DNA from: Actinomycetota bacterium
Lineage (GTDB): Bacteria > Actinomycetota > Acidimicrobiia > Acidimicrobiales > UBA10347
Direction: 5' to 3'
DNA length: 64,000 nucleotides
Assembly (NCBI GenBank): GCA_039028435.1
Contig: JBCCIC010000019.1
Span: 6,053-70,052 of the forward strand
A program made the translations under genes and the position numbers. Within the stretch, counting starts at the first letter, position 1, and each line of letters starts with the position of its first letter. The notes under the pieces were generated by a model. The model saw only the letters and a program-made list of their open reading frames with translations. It was not told where the DNA came from and did not search any database. Of the stretch, positions 35,236-42,369 are shown piece by piece.

Positions 35236-36168
35236 GTGACCCAGCCGGTCGAAGTCACCCAAGCCGTAGACGTCATCGTCGCCGCGTTCAGCACCGTCCA
35301 GGAACGGCTCGAAGCCGAGTACGCCGCGATCCTCACAAACCCTGCGAAGGCAGCGAGAGCACGCCGAATCCGAGGCGTCGCAGCGATGATCTCCCGACAG
35401 ATCCGAGGCCTCGAGGACACAGCCGGCCGATGGGTCGCCGACCAGGTACCCAAGGTCTACGAGCTCGGAGCGAACGCCACCGAACTCGGGTTCACATTCA
35501 CCCAGTTCCACCGGCAAGCCGTCCAGGTGCTCCAGGACGACATGTACGACGACGTCCTCGCCGCGACCCGGTTCATGTCGACCGACTCGAAACGGTGGAT
35601 CCGCGACGCCTCACGAATCCTCGCCGCAGAGGGTCACGTCGAGGGCGTCGCGCCCCGCGACCTAGCACGGCGCTTCGCTCGCATGTCGCCGAGGGCGATC
35701 GACCGCGCTGGTCTCCCGATGCCGATCACGGCCGCCCGCTACTCCGACGGGTCGATGCGCACGATCGACGACTACGCCGACATGCTGTTCCGCACCAAGA
35801 CCGCGGCCGCTCACAACGCAGGGACGATCAACAGATCCAGGGAACTCGGCATCGATCGATTCGAGATCCGCGACGGCCCCGGGTGCAAGCTCCGTGGCCA
35901 CGGCGAACCAGGCCCCGATGACGCGCACGGCAAGGCCGTCGACGCCGAAACCGCCGCCGCCTATCCGCTGAGTCACCCGAACTGCCGGCGAGTATTTTTG
36001 GCGCGCCCGGATCTGCCGAACGACTCGCCGACCGAACCCGTCCCCGAAGGAACGCCGCCGGGGCCGGTACCGCTTCCCGACCCTCCGACGTCCGAGTCGA
36101 CCCGCCGGCCCCGCGCTCAGCGTCAACAGCGCACGCTCCGCTCGCAGCGTCGATCTCGAGGCAACTGA
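35236..36168 (+). CDS. MuF/SPP1 gp7-like minor capsid protein
   Basis: GPGCKLRGHG ... YPLSHPNCRR signature. GTG start. Confidence 0.6.
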   Translation: MTQPVEVTQAVDVIVAAFSTVQERLEAEYAAILTNPAKAARARRIRGVAAMISRQIRGLEDTAGRWVADQVPKVYELGANATELGFTFTQFHRQAVQVLQDDMYDDVLAATRFMSTDSKRWIRDASRILAAEGHVEGVAPRDLARRFARMSPRAIDRAGLPMPITAARYSDGSMRTIDDYADMLFRTKTAAAHNAGTINRSRELGIDRFEIRDGPGCKLRGHGEPGPDDAHGKAVDAETAAAYPLSHPNCRRVFLARPDLPNDSPTEPVPEGTPPGPVPLPDPPTSESTRRPRAQRQQRTLRSQRRSRGN

Positions 36169-36214
36169 CGGGCCAACCCTCGACCCCCGGTCGTGGCGAC
36201 CGGAGGTCTCGGGC

Positions 36215-36227
36215 CGAAACAACCAGC
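36215..36227 (+). repeat. CGAAACAACCAGC intergenic motif, copy 7
   Basis: Exact 13-mer after the CCGGTCG-TGG-CGACCGG hairpin. Followed by CTGAAAGCGCCGCTCTCTAAC. Confidence 0.7.
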
Positions 36228-36331
36228 CTGAAAGCGCCGCTCTCTAACAGCACCCGGCCAGTCAACGACCGAGCATACGCCCCCTGTCCGCGTCCAACCA
36301 CGGCACGACACAGCGACGCATCATCGACGCC

Positions 36332-36745
36332 ATGTCGACACTCGCTGACCGGATCGCAGCCCGCGCCGAACGCGCCGCGAGGCGATGGCTCACCGACACC
36401 TGCCGCATCACCAGACCCGACATCAACATCCGCGACTGGGACACCGACCCAGTCACCCTCGCAGCGATCGAACCCGCCGACACCGTCATCCACGACGGCC
36501 GATGCGCAGCGACCAACCCGAGCGTCAGCGTCGACACCATCCGCGCCGGCGACACCGTCAACGCCACAACCTTCGATCTTCTCGTCGACGTCGCCACGGA
36601 CGCGCGGCCTGGCGACAAGGTGACTATCACCGCATCGATAAACCCGCAGCTCGTCGACGTCGCCGGCACCGTGAAGACAATCGACCGTCGCACCCACGTT
36701 GGGCTGCGCCGCTGCGAAGTGTCCATCCACGAACGGACCGTCTGA
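36332..36745 (+). CDS. head closure / head-tail adaptor-like protein
   Basis: Assigned by size and position only. Confidence 0.4.
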   Translation: MSTLADRIAARAERAARRWLTDTCRITRPDINIRDWDTDPVTLAAIEPADTVIHDGRCAATNPSVSVDTIRAGDTVNATTFDLLVDVATDARPGDKVTITASINPQLVDVAGTVKTIDRRTHVGLRRCEVSIHERTV

Positions 36746-37107
36746 TGACTCCTGACGAGTGGATCGCTCGCATGGAGAAGCACAGTCGAGCAGCGCCAGC
36801 GATGGCGCACGCCGCGACCCAGGTCACCGGGCAGGGCTACGCCGGCATGGCCGCACGCGACGCCCCGTACGACACCGGTCACCTCGCCGGGTCGATCAAC
36901 AGCCAAGACACCACGACCGACCCGATGCGCCCCGAGGCCACCGCCGGCACCAACGTCGAATACGCCGCCGTCCACGAACACGGCTACGCCGGCGTCGACG
37001 CAGCCGGCCGAGCCCGCAACGTCGAAGCCGTCGGCTACTTCGCTCGGAACCTCCGAGCAGGATTCCGGCTACTCGCCGCTGAGCTACGGAAACGGATGTG
37101 GCGATGA
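36745..37107 (+). CDS. HK97 gp10-like tail completion (neck) protein
   Basis: DTGHLAGSI ... NVEYAAVHEHG. Confidence 0.55.
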   Translation: MTPDEWIARMEKHSRAAPAMAHAATQVTGQGYAGMAARDAPYDTGHLAGSINSQDTTTDPMRPEATAGTNVEYAAVHEHGYAGVDAAGRARNVEAVGYFARNLRAGFRLLAAELRKRMWR

Positions 37108-37583
37108 GACGCACACGCGACGGGCACACCCGCGTCTTCTGGGTCACCGCCGAACTCGCCGATGTCGTGTCACTCGGCTGGCTCGAAAACGCGACCGCCG
37201 AACTCACCGGCGCCCTCGCGATGCCCGGCGCAATCAGAGGCTGGTCACCGATTCGGCGAACCGGCACGATCCGCGGAGTCGGCTCGTACTTCTCGACGAA
37301 CGACTACCGCGAGGGGACGCTCCGGTTCTACGACGACGACCAGACGATCGCCGGCCTGTTCCCGCCCGACGTCGCCACCTATGGCCAGGTCGTGTTCCTG
37401 TGGGACGCAGAACCAGGACCCGACGGCATCGCGGCGGGAGGCGCCGGCGGCCGTTACACCATCTACCGCACGTCGACACTCGGCCGGGTGTGGGACGGCC
37501 CGGCCGAGAACGCCGCAGCGACCTGGCACGCCGTGTTCGCGATCATCGGCCGTCCAGATCAGCGGGAAGGACTCGAGCCATGA
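37104..37583 (+). CDS. tail-associated structural protein
   Basis: ATGA junction. Assigned by position. Confidence 0.35.
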   Translation: MRRTRDGHTRVFWVTAELADVVSLGWLENATAELTGALAMPGAIRGWSPIRRTGTIRGVGSYFSTNDYREGTLRFYDDDQTIAGLFPPDVATYGQVVFLWDAEPGPDGIAAGGAGGRYTIYRTSTLGRVWDGPAENAAATWHAVFAIIGRPDQREGLEP

Positions 37584-37993
37584 TCCCGAACGCCGCGCTC
37601 GGCGCAGCAGTGGCCGCCTGGGCGACGTCCGAATCGTCTGTGCCGATCGGATGGCTCCTGCCACCCGAGCCGCCAGCGTGGCCACACGGGATCCTCGAAC
37701 CGTTCGGACAGACCCCCAACACGCGCACGCTCCTCGTCAGGTCCGGGCACGCCGTTCAAGACTGGCGGCTCACGATCGCGGCCCGCACGCCCGAGTCGCT
37801 CCACATGAGCCTCGACCGGGTCTCGCGGATCCTGGCCACCCGGATCCGCGAGATCGCCCCGGTTCCCTTCGAAGGCGACACGGTGCAGCTCACCCGGATG
37901 CAGCTCCGAGGCAGCGGGTACCAGCGAATCCCGTCCGACAGCGAGGTGTTCGCCGCTGCGGTTCTCCTCGAGTCGATGATCACCCTCACCTAG
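37580..37993 (+). CDS. tail terminator-like protein
   Basis: ATGA junction. Assigned by position before the major tail gene. Confidence 0.35.
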   Translation: MIPNAALGAAVAAWATSESSVPIGWLLPPEPPAWPHGILEPFGQTPNTRTLLVRSGHAVQDWRLTIAARTPESLHMSLDRVSRILATRIREIAPVPFEGDTVQLTRMQLRGSGYQRIPSDSEVFAAAVLLESMITLT

Positions 37994-38072
37994 CGCGCCG
38001 CGTCCAAGAACCCGCCGCGTGGTCGCGGGATCGTGGAGTCCTCACCCCGACGACCATCTTCCTGGGAGCGTC

Positions 38073-38360
38073 ATGACGGACAAGGTTCGACTCGAACACG
38101 ACAACGGCGACAGCCGAACCGTGTTCGATCTGCCCGGCGAAACGGACCCGTGGATCGAACGCGGCTACCGCATCGTCGACGAGTCCGACGACGACTCGAA
38201 CGACGGCGAACCAAACGGCTCGTCCGAGCTTGCCGAAGCGACGATCGACGAGCTCCGAGCGTTCGCCCAGACGCACAACATCGACCTCGGTGACGCCACC
38301 AGCGAAGACGAAATCCGAGCGGTCATCGACGCCGCACTCAACCAAGGAGACGACCGATGA
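38073..38360 (+). CDS. small acidic protein with one HeH motif
   Basis: IDELRAFAQTHNIDLGDATSEDEIRAVI. GGGAG ribosome-binding site. Confidence 0.55.
   Translation: MTDKVRLEHDNGDSRTVFDLPGETDPWIERGYRIVDESDDDSNDGEPNGSSELAEATIDELRAFAQTHNIDLGDATSEDEIRAVIDAALNQGDDR
38235..38297 (+). repeat. 63-nt intragenomic repeat, copy B
   Basis: 59/63 identical to 34770-34832. Confidence 0.85.
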
Positions 38361-38839
38361 ACCGAGAGAACCCTGCAGGCGTAGCCAAGCTCTACTACTT
38401 CACGCCCGCCCAGTGGGACGGGTTCGCCGATCTCGCCGCGCTGACGGTCGCCAACATCGAAAGCGGCACCGACATCACCGGTGCCGCCGAGACCGAAGAG
38501 CTCGCCGAGCGCAGCGGCTGGAAGCCCCAGGCCTCCACGGTCGACACGCCCGGCATGGCATCGAAGCCGATCAGCAACATCCCGGGCCGCTCCACCAAGG
38601 GCGTCGGCATGCTCCGCTACTACTCCGACCCGACAGAGACGACCATCCGGTCGCTCCTCAACGTCGGCAAGGACGGCGGCCTCGTCTACTGCCCGCACGG
38701 CGTGACCGTCGGCTACGGCTACGAAGCCACTTCGTTCGAAGTCATGACGAACACGTTCGATGAGGTCGGCGAGACCGCCGCCCAGACGTACACCGTCGAA
38801 TGCTCGCAGGGCCTGACGATCTCCGGGACCGTCGCCTAG
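38357..38839 (+). CDS. major tail protein
   Basis: 160 aa, immediately upstream of the frameshifting chaperone pair. Confidence 0.55.
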   Translation: MNRENPAGVAKLYYFTPAQWDGFADLAALTVANIESGTDITGAAETEELAERSGWKPQASTVDTPGMASKPISNIPGRSTKGVGMLRYYSDPTETTIRSLLNVGKDGGLVYCPHGVTVGYGYEATSFEVMTNTFDEVGETAAQTYTVECSQGLTISGTVA

Positions 38840-38955
38840 CCCAGCGGTCGTAGGGAGGTTCCGGTCTGTTCGGGGTGCCGGAGCCTCCCTCGAAACCACC
38901 ATCCACCCACGCTCTCCCAACCGCACCCGTCCGAGGGTGCAGAAAGCCCCGAACC

Positions 38956-39753
38956 ATGACCGACCTCACCCTGCCCGAGCTCCCGTCCGGGAGCCTCCGC
39001 GATCAACTGTCGAAGCGAGTCCGCCGGACCCAATCCGTGTGGCTTGCGAACGATCCGGCCGACGCCGACAAGCTCACCAAGGCGAGACAGAAGGCCGAGG
39101 AGGCTCAGCTTGGAGCCAAGTTGGCGCTCGACACGACTCGCCTCAACACTCTTGACGAGGTCAAGGCCGCGCTTGCCGGGTTGCCCGGGTGGGCCGCAGC
39201 TGACCTCGAGCCAGGCGAGGACGAAGAACGCCGCGAGACGAAGATGCGTCGCATCTCGCTCGAGGTCGCGATCGAGCTCGACGCCAAGGCCACCGACGCC
39301 AACGCGGCCGCGAACAAGATCCTCGACGACATCGATGTCTGGGAGTTCACGTTCCGGTCGATCGGGTTCAAGCGTCGCAAGGCACTCGAGGACGAAGCGC
39401 CGCCGACCGACGAAGAGATCGAAGAAGCGAAGGCGAACCAGCGAGCGATCGCCGAGCTCAACCGGAACATGCCCCGCGAACGCCAGATGACGGTGCCGCG
39501 ACTCCCCGTGATGAGCCTCGCCGACCTCGCGCTTCCGCTGATCGAGGAGTCGCTGCACCAGGTCCGCCGGTGGCCCGATGGCAAGACCGGCCAGCCCATC
39601 GAGTTCGCCGAGGCGCCCGACCGTGCACTCCTCGACACGATGTTCGACGAGTTCGGCTGGACCGCCGCCGACCAGGGCGCGCTCTTCGACGCAGCGTGGG
39701 ACGTCGACGTTCAAGGCCAGTCGGTCAGCTGGGAAGCGGTGGGAAAAGGCTGA
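38956..39753 (+). CDS. tail assembly chaperone (G-like, zero-frame product)
   Basis: Located between the major tail and tape measure genes. Ends 4 nt after the slippery heptamer. Confidence 0.7.
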   Translation: MTDLTLPELPSGSLRDQLSKRVRRTQSVWLANDPADADKLTKARQKAEEAQLGAKLALDTTRLNTLDEVKAALAGLPGWAAADLEPGEDEERRETKMRRISLEVAIELDAKATDANAAANKILDDIDVWEFTFRSIGFKRRKALEDEAPPTDEEIEEAKANQRAIAELNRNMPRERQMTVPRLPVMSLADLALPLIEESLHQVRRWPDGKTGQPIEFAEAPDRALLDTMFDEFGWTAADQGALFDAAWDVDVQGQSVSWEAVGKG

Positions 39754-40097
39754 TTCTCGACCCTGAGTTCGCTCTCGAGGTCTCGTACACCGCCAGCCGA
39801 GGCATCCCCCGCTCTGTCCTGTGGGACTGGTCCGAGCATGACCGGGTCGCGGCGTTGGTTTGGTGGCAGCGCGAGCTCGAGACGTGCAAGGGGTGCGGCA
39901 CCGTCTCTTCCGATTGGGTGCTGCCGAACGGACGGCGGAAGAAGGACGGCGACCCGACGCTGCCGTGGGTCAGTGTGATCGATATCTGCCACGGCTGCGC
40001 CGCGAAGGAAGCCGATCGCGAAGCGCAGTCGAAGAAGACGAGCCCGGTCTTTGGCCGGCTGTTCGGGTTCCGACGCAGGCGCGCTACTGACGCCTGA
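38956..40097 (+). CDS. tail assembly chaperone, frameshift-extended (G/T-like) isoform
   Basis: The -1 frame is open from the heptamer to the TGA at 40095-40097. The extension carries CKGCG ... CHGC. Confidence 0.6.
39741..39747 (+). other. -1 programmed ribosomal frameshift slippery heptamer G_GGA_AAA
   Basis: Zero frame reads GTG GGA AAA GGC TGA. A -1 slip reads GGG AAA AGG CTG, joining the open frame to 40097 (GKRLILDPEF...). Confidence 0.75.
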
Positions 40098-40128
40098 CGC
40101 TCGACCACAGCGCACGTACGGTGGGCAC

Positions 40129-40854
40129 ATGTCGAGCCCAAGACCAGAACGACCTGTTGCCCTTTCCGACGCCGAGATCCTCGAACTGCCGCTGGACGCA
40201 CTCGCGCTACGGCTCCTCTCCGGGCTTCACGAGCACGCGACCCGAGACCGGCACACCGTGGACGGAGCACTCAACGCCTGGCTCCACGCTGGTATCGGTT
40301 CCGATAGCGACCGCATGCAAGCACTGGTAGAGGGCTACCAGTGGCTTCAGAGGCACGGGCTCATCGCTAGTGGCCCATTTGCGCCATACAACGGTGTCAT
40401 TACGAGGCTGGGGCGTGCGGTGCTCAATGACGGGCCTCGGGTGCTTCACGCCCTCGAGCTACTGAGCGCCGAGCTTCACCCAGCGATTGCGAAAGTCCGT
40501 AGCCAGTTCTACCTCGGTGAGTACGAGCTCGGCGCATTCGCAGCGATGAAGGCCGTGGAGGTCCGGGTTCGTGAAGTCGGCGGATTCAGCGACTCGGACT
40601 TCGGCGTCCACCTGATGCGAGAGGCCTTCCGACCCGACTCTGAGAAGGCGAAGCCAATGGGCCCTCTCACAGATGAGAGTGCGGAGAGTGGCGAACGTCA
40701 AGGGTTGTCGAACCTCTTTGCGGGTGCTGTGGCCGTGTTCAAGAACCCCTCTAGCCATCGGAACGTCTCGTTCGATGATCCAGTGGAGGCGGCCGAGATC
40801 GTGAACTTCGCGAGTCTGCTGCTGCGCATCGTCGACCGCCGCTCACACCGCTAG
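40129..40854 (+). CDS. TIGR02391 (Hypoth_Ymh)-like protein with winged-helix-like N-terminus
   Basis: C-terminal GEYELGAFAAMKAVEVRVREV ... LFAGAVAVFKNPSSHR ... AEIVNFASLLLRIVD. Confidence 0.55.
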   Translation: MSSPRPERPVALSDAEILELPLDALALRLLSGLHEHATRDRHTVDGALNAWLHAGIGSDSDRMQALVEGYQWLQRHGLIASGPFAPYNGVITRLGRAVLNDGPRVLHALELLSAELHPAIAKVRSQFYLGEYELGAFAAMKAVEVRVREVGGFSDSDFGVHLMREAFRPDSEKAKPMGPLTDESAESGERQGLSNLFAGAVAVFKNPSSHRNVSFDDPVEAAEIVNFASLLLRIVDRRSHR

Positions 40855-40926
40855 GTCGCTCGACAACGAGCCGAGTCGGGACATACAGTGGGCCTTGAAG
40901 TCCACTTCCGCCAAGGTCGTGCCCTT

Positions 40927-41421
40927 ATGACGCAACGATTCGCTTGTTCGCGGTGCAAACAGACGTTGACCATCGAGCAGTGTCGACGCTGCGGAGGGCG
41001 CAAGACCGTCGGTGCAGTTAGGCCGCGATCCTGCGATCAGTGCAACGGCGAAGGAGCGGTTTATATCTGCAGTTGCTGCGAGCGCTGGGTGAATCCGACG
41101 CATGTCAAGGAGACCCCACCGTGTTCTGTATGCGGAGCGGCTCGTGAAGGGCAGCGCCGTATCGAGAAGCTGCCGATTCGCTCCCGTCCTGGACCTGGCA
41201 CGTCTCCATCGGCAGGTGGGTACGGCTTTACGCGGCGGGGATACGTGCCGAACGCTCCAGGTCGTCGACAGCGCCGGACAACACCTCAAATGTACGCCTC
41301 AACCACAACGATGTGGACTGAGCATTTCCCATGCCCGGTCTGCGTACCGAACGGCTCCACACGGGTGAGCGCAAGGAACCCATCTCGGCTCGAGACGTTC
41401 TTTTGGCGAGTGTTTTCCTGA
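40927..41421 (+). CDS. multi-CxxC (DnaJ-type CxxCxGxG) zinc-finger protein
   Basis: CSRC, CRRCGGRK, CDQCNGEG, CSCC, CSVC, CPVC. Confidence 0.5.
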   Translation: MTQRFACSRCKQTLTIEQCRRCGGRKTVGAVRPRSCDQCNGEGAVYICSCCERWVNPTHVKETPPCSVCGAAREGQRRIEKLPIRSRPGPGTSPSAGGYGFTRRGYVPNAPGRRQRRTTPQMYASTTTMWTEHFPCPVCVPNGSTRVSARNPSRLETFFWRVFS

Positions 41422-41464
41422 ACTGGAGCCCTCGGAGGAGTCCTAACTGGCAGAGGCTAGGAAC

Positions 41465-41728
41465 CTAGAGAGAGTCGTGGATTTGCGTGATCCTCATCAC
41501 CTTCATTGGCAGGCCCAGATGCACATCGATCAGGAGTCGCGCCTCGGTGACGATGATGCGACGCGTCAATGGGCTGCGCCCCGGAATCGGTGAGTGCGCG
41601 ACCAGATCGTCGAAGTTCTCGAGCGCTGCTATTACGGCATGCAGCATCGAGGCGCGACGCGCGTCACTTGGTTCGGCTGCGACCCAGGCATCGATGACGT
41701 CTTCGCTGTCCGCAAGCCGGGCCGCCAC
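41465..41728 (-). CDS. putative toxin partner of the Panacea protein (possible RelE/ParE-like)
   Basis: 87 aa, starting 6 nt downstream of the DUF4065 gene. PIPGRSPLTRRIIV ... LLIDVHLGLPMKVMRITQIHD loosely fits the RelE/ParE pattern. Confidence 0.4.
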   Translation of the reverse strand: MAARLADSEDVIDAWVAAEPSDARRASMLHAVIAALENFDDLVAHSPIPGRSPLTRRIIVTEARLLIDVHLGLPMKVMRITQIHDSL

Positions 41729-41734
41729 GGCTGA

Positions 41735-42241
41735 TCAGTTGAGGAGATGTGCGTATCGCTCGGCGAGTTCGGTAGAGACCATTCCCCGGTTCGGGTCCGC
41801 CCACAACGACTCCCGCCACGCACGTTCCTCGGCGAACTGCCGACCGTAGAAATCGCGGATCGATGACTCATCGATCCACTTACCGCCCGCACCCCACGCT
41901 TCGATCCATGGGCTCTCGCTGTGGGTCATCTCTACCAGCGCGTCTGCGCTGAAGCCGCCATAGATCGCAAGCGCTTCGTCCACTGCGCCAGCCGCCGAAG
42001 AGTCCGCGGGGTACGAGTCGCCGCGACCGTCGGAGGAACTCAGGTGGCGCCGACCCTTGAACCGGTTGAAAACCTCAGGACAGACCGGGCCGTTCTCGTA
42101 CGCTTTGAACTCCGCGAGGGGCTGACCGGTCTCGACCAGATGGATCGCGTTCGCGTAGAACATCAGTTTCTGGAGCTTGTACGCGGTGATTGGTTCCGTG
42201 ACGCGGCCGAGGATTTCATCGGCTAGACGCATGCCGGGCAT
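41735..42241 (-). CDS. Panacea-domain (DUF4065, SocA/GepA-like) antitoxin-type protein
   Basis: ITAYKLQKLMFYANAIHLVETGQPLAEFKAYENGPVCPEVF. AAGGAAC ribosome-binding site. Confidence 0.7.
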   Translation of the reverse strand: MPGMRLADEILGRVTEPITAYKLQKLMFYANAIHLVETGQPLAEFKAYENGPVCPEVFNRFKGRRHLSSSDGRGDSYPADSSAAGAVDEALAIYGGFSADALVEMTHSESPWIEAWGAGGKWIDESSIRDFYGRQFAEERAWRESLWADPNRGMVSTELAERYAHLLN

Positions 42242-42369
42242 AGGGGTTCCTTGGGTGACGACAACACCACTATACGCGACGGGTATGACTGCCTAGACCG
42301 CTGTTGTGAGCGCTGCGGGGAGTTGCCGCGTCCCAAACCGGTCACCGAGTCCGGCGGACTCTGGCCGAT

